From Candidatus Zixiibacteriota bacterium (lineage in GTDB: Bacteria > Zixibacteria > MSB-5A5 > DG-27): 64,000 nt of DNA. A program made the position numbers and the translations under genes. The stretch's first letter is position 1. Every line of letters begins with the position of its first letter. The DNA lies in contig JAUWHO010000023.1 in assembly GCA_030605835.1 (NCBI GenBank), positions 201,834 through 265,833 on the forward strand. The letters are read 5' to 3'. Under the pieces are notes generated by a model. The model was given only the letters and a program-made list of their open reading frames with translations, was not told where the DNA came from and did no database searches. Of this stretch, positions 1 to 8,761 are shown in pieces.

Positions 1-1110
1 AAACATCACCTTGATTTTCGAGGGCCCCTCCTTGTGCCGATTCTCTGTTGAGGTGGGCCTTTCTCTCTTCTTTTGAAAAGGAGCTTCCAAAATCCCGCCT
101 AAAAAACCGGAGCCCAACCCGAAGTGGATCACAAAGAAAATCGGCGGGCACAGGAACAGTAGGAGAAACCCTCCCTTCAGGCCAACTGTGACTGAGAAGG
201 CTAGCGTCATCAAAAAGTAAAACGCCCAGATTGATAAGGCTATCTTTGCCAGCAGACCTCCTGTGAATAGAGCCAAGCCGGATAAGGGCAAAAACAGCAC
301 CAAGAAGGCCGGTGGTAACTGCCCGAGCGAAAAACTCCCCGGGTGTTTGGCAAAAAGGAGGAAGCGCCCCAATCCGTAACGGTACATCTGCCGGAAAAGC
401 TGAACTAAATTGCTGCGAGGTTCGTAACAAACCTTCAGCTTCGGGCTAGTGAAACCCCGGTATCCGGCCCGGTGGCAGCGGTAGTTGAATTCGACGTCCT
501 CGCAGGCGTCGAAGCTCTCGTCTATGTAACCAACCTCCTCAAAGAGCCTGCGGGGATAGATCGCCCCAGAGCTGGTGGGATTGACCTCCCCTTCCTGTTC
601 GGTGTATATAGTCGAATCCAGACCGTGCCCCCAGAGAGTCGCCCGACAGCTGGCCACCGCTCCCTGAAAAAGGCTATTTCCGGGAAAATCCAGAGGTTGA
701 GGACGACACAACACCCGCCTATCATCACGTAGATAGAGACGTGATATCTCCCGGAGAAGATAAATGCCGGGAAGATAGCAATGACCATCCACAAAGAGGA
801 TAATCTCTCCCCTGGAGTTCTTAACCCCGATGTTTTTCCCTGCGCCGGAGAGTCTTTTGGGATTGTTGAAGAGCCTGATTTGAGAATTCTGCCGAGAGAA
901 ATTCTCCACCACCTCTTTGGTGTTGTCCTCCGATTCCCCATCAACCACGATTATCTCACATCTCCCCTGAGGATAACTCTGCTTCAGCAGGGATTTGATG
1001 ACTCCACCGACAGAGCTTCCCTCGTTCCTGACCGGGATTACGACCGAGATGAAAGGATATGTCTCGGCTTCGGTTTTTTCGACCCCTCTGTCTACAGTTT
1101 TGGTCTCCAT
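1..1110 (-). CDS. Glycosyltransferase family 2 (3'-truncated by the window start; ATG at 1108-1110 on the minus strand)
   Basis: Manual reverse-complement translation gives an uninterrupted frame: METKTVDRGV...ISVVIPVRNEG...IVVDGESEDNTKEVVENF...RLFNNP...GAGKNIGVKNSRGEIILFVDGHC...DESFDACEDVEFNYRCHRAGY, followed by hydrophobic C-terminal helices. The GT-A fold, DxD-type motifs and the ED...E signature are present. It is absent from the ORF track only because it is truncated. Confidence 0.75.
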   Translation of the reverse strand, partial: METKTVDRGVEKTEAETYPFISVVIPVRNEGSSVGGVIKSLLKQSYPQGRCEIIVVDGESEDNTKEVVENFSRQNSQIRLFNNPKRLSGAGKNIGVKNSRGEIILFVDGHCYLPGIYLLREISRLYLRDDRRVLCRPQPLDFPGNSLFQGAVASCRATLWGHGLDSTIYTEQEGEVNPTSSGAIYPRRLFEEVGYIDESFDACEDVEFNYRCHRAGYRGFTSPKLKVCYEPRSNLVQLFRQMYRYGLGRFLLFAKHPGSFSLGQLPPAFLVLFLPLSGLALFTGGLLAKIALSIWAFYFLMTLAFSVTVGLKGGFLLLFLCPPIFFVIHFGLGSGFLGGILEAPFQKKRERPTSTENRHKEGPSKIKVMF

Positions 1111-1161
1111 ACCGGTATTACGTACGCCGTAGCTCCACTGCCGAAACTGTTCTATTGCCCT

Positions 1162-2310
1162 TCAGCAGAGATTACCCTTCCCAACGTCGGCCACCTTCAG
1201 ATACAACTCCTTCAATCTCTCCGCCTGGGCAGAGAAGGAATGGTGTCCGGCAACGAACTCTCTTCCGGCTTCGCCGAGCTGCCTCATCAAATCCGGCTTC
1301 GTCAGAAGTCCGCTCACTCTATCAGCCAGTATCTGGGCGTTACCGGCCTCCACTAAAAGGCCGGTTTTCCCATCCTCAATTATCTCCCTCACTCCTCCTA
1401 CATCTGTGGCTACGACTGCTCTGGCATAAGATAGAGCCTCCAGGATCACGTTCGGCATCCCCTCCGAAAAGGAGGCGTTCACGAGTATGTCCACCTGGGG
1501 CAAATATTGTGAGAAGTTGGGAACAAATCCGGCCAGAATTAGCTTTCGGCTTTGAATTAGAGCTTTGCCCCGGGATTTCAGTCTCTTCCTTTGAGGTCCC
1601 TCCCCGACTAAGAGAAATCGGACGTTGTCGAACTCTCGCTCAAGAATACTTGCCATCGAGAGAAAGATAGAATGTCCCTTCTCCGGGGATAGCCTCCCGC
1701 AGCTGGCAACTAATCTGCAGTCTGGAGGTAGATTATATTTTTGCCTGAGATTGAGATCTAAAGCCTCAGAATCCCGTCGTGATGGCAACTCAACCGCGTT
1801 GGGGATGACTGTTATTCTCTCCTCCGGGATTCCCAATCCCACCAGCTCCAACCTCTTCGCTTCGGAGACGGCGACGATATGTCTGAGTCTGCGCAAAAGC
1901 CTCTTATCCAACCAGTGATAGAATTCCACCTTGAGGTTATCCCCTGTCCAGCCCCGGGAGAATGCGATCTGCTTCACTTCCGTTCCTCTGACCGCGAAGA
2001 ACCCCAGGATATTCGGCCTGTAAGTGTGGGTACAAAGAAGGTCAAGTCTGTTTTCAGTCAGCGCTCGACGGATTCTTCTGACCGAGCCGAAATCGTAGGC
2101 GTTCTTCGTCCAGATTGCCGAGGTCTTTATTCCCCTCTCCCTCGCCCATCGGAGCAATTCGTTTTCACTTCCCCCATCGGTGAAGGAGGCAAGGGTCAGT
2201 TCGAAGAGAGTGAAGTCGAGGTGTTCCGCCTGCCGGAGAATCTGCTTTTCCGGTCCTCCGAAGAAGTTGCAGGCCACCAGATGCATTATCCTGAGCCGGT
2301 CCTTTCTCAC
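1162..2310 (-). CDS. Glycosyltransferase family 1 (GT4-type)
   Basis: C-terminal GT-B signature EGMPNVILEALSYARAVVATDVGGVREIIEDGKTGLLVE, and typical length. Confidence 0.85.
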   Translation of the reverse strand: MRKDRLRIMHLVACNFFGGPEKQILRQAEHLDFTLFELTLASFTDGGSENELLRWARERGIKTSAIWTKNAYDFGSVRRIRRALTENRLDLLCTHTYRPNILGFFAVRGTEVKQIAFSRGWTGDNLKVEFYHWLDKRLLRRLRHIVAVSEAKRLELVGLGIPEERITVIPNAVELPSRRDSEALDLNLRQKYNLPPDCRLVASCGRLSPEKGHSIFLSMASILEREFDNVRFLLVGEGPQRKRLKSRGKALIQSRKLILAGFVPNFSQYLPQVDILVNASFSEGMPNVILEALSYARAVVATDVGGVREIIEDGKTGLLVEAGNAQILADRVSGLLTKPDLMRQLGEAGREFVAGHHSFSAQAERLKELYLKVADVGKGNLC

Positions 2311-2317
2311 TCTAACC

Positions 2318-3517
2318 TCACTCTCTGGCGGTTCTGACCCATCTGCCCTTGTTGAAGCCTACCAGCGCCAGAAGCTGGACTATCCCCAGATAGAACCCGA
2401 AGAAAGGGGCCATCAGAAATGACCTCAAAGCCTTCTTCTTCTCTTTCTCGAAGGGGATTGCCAGGAGGAAATAGGAGATAAGCAGAAAGATAGAGAGCAG
2501 GTTCAAGACCAAAAAAGGTAGAGATAGAGCTGCAGGCAGAAGGAGGAGAGCAGAAAACAGCAGAATCAAGGACAGATACAGGAGAAGGGGACGACTGAGG
2601 GTTAGAAAACCAAGGCTCGCCTCCAACAGATCCCGCCTCTTCCGGAAGACCCCCTTCCAGAGGAACTTCGGTATGTATTTGAAGCAAACCCCGAAGGTGC
2701 CCGAAGCCCAGCGGATGCGTTGGGAAAAGGAACTGGCGAGATCGGGAGGTGTTGCCGCCACCACTCCGGTCTCTATGGCAAATTCGATTTTCTCTCCGGA
2801 ATCCAAGAGTCTGGCAGTATACTCCAGATCCTCCACAACTGATCTCTCATTGAAGGGAAATTCCTCTAACAATTCCCTGCTGAAGCCCATGCCGTTGCCC
2901 CGCAAGAATGTGGAGATGCCGAGCTTCCGCCTGCCGCCGTAGAAAAGCAGGTTTTCCGCAGTATTTCCTACCTCCTGCAGGATTCCGAAGGGGGTATTCT
3001 CCTCCCCCCTTATTCGGTAGGGGACTTGAACCGCCCGATGACCGGCGCAGAAATAGTCGTTCAATGCCTCCAGGAAATTCGGCTCTACGGTGGTATCGGC
3101 ATCGATGATAGCAACAGCGTCAAATTTCTCCAGATCAATCCTCTCCAAACCCCATCTCAGAGCATTGTTTTTCCCGCGGAGAGTCGGTTCCTCTCGAACC
3201 AGACAGTCGGCGCCGCAAGTCACCGCCACCTCAGAGGTGTTGTCGGTGCAGTTGTCGGCGATGACGAAGATAGAGAGGAGCTCCTCGGGGTAGAGACAGG
3301 ACGTCAGACTCCCTATTGTCTGAGAGAGATGTGCGCCCTCGTTGTGGGCGGGAATAATTACTGCGAAACTCGTCTCGGGGGGATAATAGTAGGGAGGGCG
3401 TTCATCTTTCGCATAATAGACCGCAGCTAAGAACAAGAGGTAGGAGGTCAGGCCTACGACACAGAGCGTAAGCGACACTATTGCAAACCACAAAAGGTAG
3501 GTAAGCATAATGCTCAC
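2318..3517 (-). CDS. Membrane glycosyltransferase family 2, processive synthase-like (QxxRW motif)
   Basis: N-terminal TM helix; IIPAHNEG...IFVIADNCTDNT; DAD (IIDADT); QRIRWASG (QxxRW); several C-terminal TM helices. Confidence 0.8.
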   Translation of the reverse strand: MSIMLTYLLWFAIVSLTLCVVGLTSYLLFLAAVYYAKDERPPYYYPPETSFAVIIPAHNEGAHLSQTIGSLTSCLYPEELLSIFVIADNCTDNTSEVAVTCGADCLVREEPTLRGKNNALRWGLERIDLEKFDAVAIIDADTTVEPNFLEALNDYFCAGHRAVQVPYRIRGEENTPFGILQEVGNTAENLLFYGGRRKLGISTFLRGNGMGFSRELLEEFPFNERSVVEDLEYTARLLDSGEKIEFAIETGVVAATPPDLASSFSQRIRWASGTFGVCFKYIPKFLWKGVFRKRRDLLEASLGFLTLSRPLLLYLSLILLFSALLLLPAALSLPFLVLNLLSIFLLISYFLLAIPFEKEKKKALRSFLMAPFFGFYLGIVQLLALVGFNKGRWVRTARE

Positions 3518-3564
3518 AATTTGAGCAACAGCATCTTTCCTTTTTTTCTACCACTTCGCTCTCT

Positions 3565-4560
3565 TTATATCGACAGCTTTTTCTCTTCCGCCACGACCTT
3601 AAGGGCGCTCGGTTCCTGCCTTTCCGTGAGCCATTTGACGAACCTGGTGACTCCCTCCTCGAAGCTCACCCCGGGCTCATAATCCAAAAGCCGCTCTGCC
3701 TTTGAGATGTCGGCCCAGATGGCCTCCATCTCCACCGGCTGTGGAGGCAGATATTCGACTTTCGCCTTTAAAGTGGTCTTTCTCTCTAAAGTGCTTACCA
3801 CTTCCGAAATCTGGACCGGACGCCCGCTTCCGAGGTTGATGACCTCAAAGGGGAACCTCTTCTTCAGGACAGAGATTATCCCCTCGATGACGTCATCGAT
3901 GTAAACGTAGTCTCTCCTCAAGCTGCCATCCCCGAAGATGGTTATCTCCTCCCCTTTGAACATCTTCTCCGCAAAAGATCTGATCGCCATCTTCGGCCTC
4001 TGCCTGGGCCCGTAGACGGTGAAGAGGCGCAGACAGGTGACACTCATCCCGCATAATCTGCGATAGGTTTGGCAAAGAAACTCCCCCGCGAGTTTGGTGG
4101 CGGCATAGGGAGAAAGGGGGACACCGCTTTCGGCATCCTCCGCGAAGGGGAGCTTGGGTCCCTCCCCGTAGACTGGGGCGGAGGAGGCAAAGACGAAGTT
4201 CTTCACCCCAAATTTGCGGCAGCATTCCAGAAGCTGCGCGGTTCCGTTGACGTTCACCTCCCCGTACCCCACCGGGTCTTTTAGTGAACAGCTCTCGCCA
4301 GTGCGGGCCGCCAGATGGATCACGGTGTCTATGTCGAACTTGGAGAAAAGACCTTCTAAGAGGAAACCCTGCCGGAGATCAGCCTCCAGAAGAGAGAAGC
4401 TCGGGTTGTCCAGAGCCGTCCCTATGTTCTCTCGTTTCAAAGCCGGGTCGTAGCTGCCGTCAAAGCTGTCCAAGCAAACCACCTCAAAGCCCTCCTGAAG
4501 CAACCTCTCGACCAGATGCGACCCGATGAAGCCAGCCCCACCGGTGACTAAGTATGTCAT
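3565..4560 (-). CDS. NAD-dependent epimerase/dehydratase (UDP-sugar or UDP-uronate 4-epimerase-like, extended SDR)
   Basis: MTYLVTGGAGFIGSHLVERLL Rossmann motif and a YAATKLAGE (YxxxK) catalytic motif. The ATG at 4560 is preceded by GGAGGG. The ORF track extends the frame to 4578. Confidence 0.85.
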   Translation of the reverse strand: MTYLVTGGAGFIGSHLVERLLQEGFEVVCLDSFDGSYDPALKRENIGTALDNPSFSLLEADLRQGFLLEGLFSKFDIDTVIHLAARTGESCSLKDPVGYGEVNVNGTAQLLECCRKFGVKNFVFASSAPVYGEGPKLPFAEDAESGVPLSPYAATKLAGEFLCQTYRRLCGMSVTCLRLFTVYGPRQRPKMAIRSFAEKMFKGEEITIFGDGSLRRDYVYIDDVIEGIISVLKKRFPFEVINLGSGRPVQISEVVSTLERKTTLKAKVEYLPPQPVEMEAIWADISKAERLLDYEPGVSFEEGVTRFVKWLTERQEPSALKVVAEEKKLSI

Positions 4561-4600
4561 CTTCTGCCCTCCGCTCATTGACTTCGTTTATAGCCTCACT

Positions 4601-5968
4601 TCAATAAAACGGATTCTTCACCTTGCAGATCGTGAACCGGTATTTCCCGGAGCTCTCCTTCGGAATCTCATCGACAAATTCCCAGCTATACCTCATCTTT
4701 TGGCCGAAGTAGCTCGGTAATTCCCGCTTGAAAATCCTCACGCTCTCCTCGGAGTAGCCTTGCCCTTTGACGATTTTGAAGTGGAGGTGGTCGATTTCCT
4801 CCTGGATTATCTGGACCTGTTTGAATCCGGGAATGTGAATCGTCAAGTTGTCCAAGACTGATATGCCGAAGACCAATCTCCCCTCCGGGGTCACGATGAA
4901 ATCGGAGGTCCGGCCCCCGACCTCCTGCAGAAGCGGTAAGCCCCGTCCACAGGGACACAGACTCTCCGAGAGAAGGCCAACGTCCTCGACTCTGTATCTG
5001 ATGATCGGCATTCCATAATTCGTCAAATCCGTGAGCAGAATCCCACCTGATGAATTCTTGCCTGACTTACCCTCTTTGACAACCTCTACATAGACTCCTT
5101 CGGCGTTGAGGTGGAGCCCGTTGTGTTTTTCGCACTCACTGGCGATGAGGCTGGTCTCCTCACAACCATAGCGGTCGAAGACCTCACAACAAAAAACTCT
5201 CTTCATCGTCTGCCTCTCCTTTTCAGACAGCGCCATGGCGGTGGAGATGACGGAGGCGAACTCGATTCCTCCTATCCCTTCGCTTTCCATGAAGCGAGCG
5301 AAGATATAAATCGAACGGGCATGCCCCAAAAGATACCTCGGTTTGAACGATCTTATCTCAGAGACGAAGGCCCTCATGGACTCCTCGTCCATCCTCAGGG
5401 TGTCCAGAAAGATGGCCCTCTCCACTAAGAGATTGCGAAGAAACGCTTTTCTCGACTTGTAGATATCGGGGTTTCCCCAGATCATGGCGATTTTATCTCC
5501 CCGCTCGTAACCGCTCCAGCGGTTGTGCCTGATGGTGGCGGCCCTTTTGAAATCCATTCCTCTTTTGTCCACGTAAAGGTGTAGAGGCACCCCGGTTGAG
5601 CCTCCGGTCCTCTTGTGAATCAACTTCCCCCTGGGGATATTCGTCGCCAACATCTCCTGGAGGTTGCTTTTGATTTCCTCCTTGGTCAGAATGGGAATGA
5701 TCTCGAAATCCTCCCATGATTTTATCTCTTCGGGAGTAAGTCTCAACTCCTCGAATCGCCTTCTGTAGAAGGGCGAGAATAGATAGGCGTGCTGGAGGAG
5801 ATCTTTCAATCGCTCCCACTGCAGCTCTCTGAGCTTCTCAGCAGGCCAATATTGGGAGGTCTCGTATGCCTTCAGGATCTCCCCATATCGATGCCCATCT
5901 TTCAAATTCCAGAGGGGGATGATGACTCTCTTCGCTGCTGGAGTATAAACGTCCATCTGAGTTCTCAC
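4601..5968 (-). CDS. Adenylate-forming enzyme, phenylacetate-CoA ligase-like (CapK / F390-synthetase family)
   Basis: The LIHKRTGGSTGVPLHLY P-loop-like AMP-binding motif and overall PaaK/CapK architecture, sitting inside a glycan locus. Confidence 0.7.
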   Translation of the reverse strand: MRTQMDVYTPAAKRVIIPLWNLKDGHRYGEILKAYETSQYWPAEKLRELQWERLKDLLQHAYLFSPFYRRRFEELRLTPEEIKSWEDFEIIPILTKEEIKSNLQEMLATNIPRGKLIHKRTGGSTGVPLHLYVDKRGMDFKRAATIRHNRWSGYERGDKIAMIWGNPDIYKSRKAFLRNLLVERAIFLDTLRMDEESMRAFVSEIRSFKPRYLLGHARSIYIFARFMESEGIGGIEFASVISTAMALSEKERQTMKRVFCCEVFDRYGCEETSLIASECEKHNGLHLNAEGVYVEVVKEGKSGKNSSGGILLTDLTNYGMPIIRYRVEDVGLLSESLCPCGRGLPLLQEVGGRTSDFIVTPEGRLVFGISVLDNLTIHIPGFKQVQIIQEEIDHLHFKIVKGQGYSEESVRIFKRELPSYFGQKMRYSWEFVDEIPKESSGKYRFTICKVKNPFY

Positions 5969-7350
5969 CGATATTCCTTAAGTCTCAGTTTGGACAAATA
6001 CCCGATGACCACCACCATGGCTCCCATCATATACCAGGTGTAGCGATAGAGGTTGTGACCGAAGATGCCGGTGACGAAGAGGGGAATCAGGCACCCCTCC
6101 ACCGCAAAGGTCAGGTAATAGAGGTAGCTTTTGCCCTTCCCGCTTTTCAGGATTCTCTCGCGGGCACGATAGTTCAACAGCAGAATCTGGGAGAGGAGCA
6201 GGAAAAAGGCCAAAGTCCCCACTATCCCCAGCTCCGAGAGGAGCTGAACATAGAGGCTGTGAGGGTTCTGCCAGTTGCCGAAGCGTTCCCCTCTGGCGGC
6301 GGAGAAGGAGCCAGCTCCGACGCCGATTATGGGGCGCTCGAAGAAAAGCTCCATCCCCTCCCCCCAGGTCTGGAGACGAAGCCGCGCAGATTCGTCTCTC
6401 TCCCGCGAGAACGTGCTTTCGTATCGCCTCTGATAGGAGGAACCCATCGTCAGCCAACCGGTGACGGCCACCGTGACGATAATAGACGCGGTCAACATTT
6501 TCCTCGGGCTTCTCCACCAGATGTAGATGATGACCGCGAACAGCCCCAGAAGTCCAGAGCGGGAGCCGGTCAAAATCGTTGTGGTCAGAAACAGTCCTAT
6601 AAGCGAGATCGAAAAAAGTCTTGTTAGAAATCTCTTGCTGGCGAAGAGGCCAAAATACAAGAAAGGGAGAGTAGAGACCAAAGTCGCCGCCAGGCTGTTG
6701 TAATTGTCGGCGGCGGAGTTGGTGCCGGTGGCCCTGACGATGTCGATCTTCACCACCGCCTTCCCCAAGAGATACAATCGCAGCGAATCGAAGGCCAAAT
6801 AGGAAATCAAAAGCACAAACAGCCAGACGAACGCTTTTAACCGCCGCTCCGATTCCACAAGCCCGATTATCAAGAAGTAAAAGACTGCGATCTTGCCGAA
6901 CTCTATCGACTGACCGACGCTGGCCGTTTTCCAGAAAGCGGTGGGCACCGAGAGCAACACCACCCCGAAGAGAAAGAGGAAGCAGTAGTTGATTCGGTCG
7001 TGGGTTATGCGGAACTCCCCATGTTTCAATTTGTTGTGGAGGAGCATCACAACGAAGACCAAAACTCCTAAGATCCGCTCCAGGTGTAACGGCGCCAGGG
7101 CAGGGAAGAGCTCTCCGGGTCGCAGCAGGAAAACAACCAGATAGGACAAAAGCCCCAGGTAGGGATAGTAAAAAATGGCGCCGGCAATTCCGATCACCAG
7201 CAGGCCCGCAAATATCAGGAGGGGATCGAGGAAAAGGAGCAGAACTCCAGTCACAATCGAGAATAGAATCAAGAAGAGGTAGCGGAAAACATTCCGATCC
7301 AGCTCCCTGGGAGGATAATGCGGTAACTGTGTGTATGTTTCCATCGACAT
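5965..7350 (-). CDS. O-antigen polymerase / ligase-like membrane protein (Wzy_C family)
   Basis: About 10 predicted TM helices with a large periplasmic loop and locus context. The longer overlapping ORF 5978..7432 is the Arg/Gly-rich alternate frame. Confidence 0.6.
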   Translation of the reverse strand: MSMETYTQLPHYPPRELDRNVFRYLFLILFSIVTGVLLLFLDPLLIFAGLLVIGIAGAIFYYPYLGLLSYLVVFLLRPGELFPALAPLHLERILGVLVFVVMLLHNKLKHGEFRITHDRINYCFLFLFGVVLLSVPTAFWKTASVGQSIEFGKIAVFYFLIIGLVESERRLKAFVWLFVLLISYLAFDSLRLYLLGKAVVKIDIVRATGTNSAADNYNSLAATLVSTLPFLYFGLFASKRFLTRLFSISLIGLFLTTTILTGSRSGLLGLFAVIIYIWWRSPRKMLTASIIVTVAVTGWLTMGSSYQRRYESTFSRERDESARLRLQTWGEGMELFFERPIIGVGAGSFSAARGERFGNWQNPHSLYVQLLSELGIVGTLAFFLLLSQILLLNYRARERILKSGKGKSYLYYLTFAVEGCLIPLFVTGIFGHNLYRYTWYMMGAMVVVIGYLSKLRLKEYR

Positions 7351-7365
7351 TTGGATCCAGTGGGT

Positions 7366-8757
7366 CTAAGTCGACCCGTAAGCCGTTTCCAGACTCCGTC
7401 TTGGTTGGACCTCTCCCGCCGGTCGGCGGCAAACCAGGCGGTCAAATATTTCTGCCAACTCCGCGGCCAGATGCCGCCGATGATATTTCTCGATCTCACT
7501 TGAATTGGATCGGCTCTGGAATCGATTTCCCTTCAGATAATCTTCGTAGTACTGTTTGATGCTCAGTCCGACCTCCTTGACATCCGGGGAGGTAATTACC
7601 GTTCCGGCATCGTGAGAACGGATCATCTCCGCGGTTTCACCCTCGCTGACTAAGGCCAATATCGGCTTCCCGGTGAATAGGTATTCGAAGAGCTTCGCCG
7701 GGATGATCCCGGCAGCTTTGGGATCATGACCCAGAATCAACAGAAGCAGATGCGAGGAAAAAGCGAGCCTCAAAGCCTGCCGCCGGGGCTGATGAGGTCG
7801 ACACTCCACCACCTCCGACAGATCGAGTTCTCTCATCCGTTCTAATATCGTCTCTTCGATATTGCCGACGAAGAGCACCTTGACTCTCTCTTTTGCCTCT
7901 GGATGTCCCTGAAGAAAAAGCCTCAACCCCTTCAAAAACTCAATCGGCTGCCGCCGACCGTACAGACTCCCGAGGTGGGTGATGGTGAATTTCTCGAAGT
8001 TGTAAGGCTCTAATCCTTGAAAATCCTCGGGGTCGTAACCATTCGGGATGGTCGAGATTCTGGAGAGCGGAAGGTGGTTGAATTTCCATCTGAAAGCCTC
8101 TGCCACCGAGCGGGTGTTGGCGACGAGGTGATCGCAGCCGTTGACAACCAGTCTCTCCAGATAAGCCTCCAACTGCTTCATCTTGGGGGTGGTCGCCTTC
8201 TCTTGAAAATATTCGTTCAGAGTCCAGGGGTCACGGAAGTCAGCCACCCAGGGGAGGCCGGAAAACCGCTTCAAGAAATACCCGATCAGATGAGTCGAGT
8301 GTGGCGGGCTGGAGGTGTAAATGAGGTCTATTTCCTCCTCCCTCAGGATCTTTCTCCCCTCAGCCAGAGCAAAGGGGAGCCATAAGGCTTGTTTATCCGG
8401 CGTCGAGAGCCAACCGGCAACATAGGACCGTAGCCTCTGGAAAAGGCTTTTGCTGTCAGCCTGAGTCTGGTTTTGTCCAGCGCAAGCATCAGCAGGACCG
8501 GAGCGTTTCCGCCTCCCCTGCTGAAAATTCTCATAAGTTATGAGTGGCTCAAACGTTCTGGTGCGATAGACTTTAGTGCCACGAGGCAGGTCCGAGAGAA
8601 GGGACTCATCGTAGGCCCAATCCTTCCCCCCTTTGATGGTCAGGACTACCGGTTCCCACCCGAACTCCGGAAGGAACTTGCAGAATTTCAAGGTGCGATA
8701 CACACCCACCACCGACATCGGGGGGAACGCGTATGTAATCACGAGGACTTTTTTCAT
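7366..8757 (-). CDS. Glycosyltransferase family 1 (GT4-type)
   Basis: MKKVLVITYAFPPMSVVGVYRTLKFCKFLPEFGWEPVVLT N-terminus, a GT-B C-terminal half, and operon context. Confidence 0.8.
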   Translation of the reverse strand: MKKVLVITYAFPPMSVVGVYRTLKFCKFLPEFGWEPVVLTIKGGKDWAYDESLLSDLPRGTKVYRTRTFEPLITYENFQQGRRKRSGPADACAGQNQTQADSKSLFQRLRSYVAGWLSTPDKQALWLPFALAEGRKILREEEIDLIYTSSPPHSTHLIGYFLKRFSGLPWVADFRDPWTLNEYFQEKATTPKMKQLEAYLERLVVNGCDHLVANTRSVAEAFRWKFNHLPLSRISTIPNGYDPEDFQGLEPYNFEKFTITHLGSLYGRRQPIEFLKGLRLFLQGHPEAKERVKVLFVGNIEETILERMRELDLSEVVECRPHQPRRQALRLAFSSHLLLLILGHDPKAAGIIPAKLFEYLFTGKPILALVSEGETAEMIRSHDAGTVITSPDVKEVGLSIKQYYEDYLKGNRFQSRSNSSEIEKYHRRHLAAELAEIFDRLVCRRPAGEVQPRRSLETAYGST

Positions 8758-8761
8758 GAAC

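Noticed and set aside
781-1670. Plus-strand ORFs (191 and 203 aa) across the GT2/GT1 genes
   Set aside because: Antisense to two well-supported glycosyltransferase genes. The Arg/Ser/Pro-rich translations lack motifs.
5978-7432. 484-aa ORF on the minus strand overlapping the Wzy-like gene
   Set aside because: Alternate frame of a GC-rich gene. Its Arg/Gly/Pro-rich, low-complexity translation has no TM segments, whereas the 5965..7350 frame encodes a coherent polytopic membrane protein.
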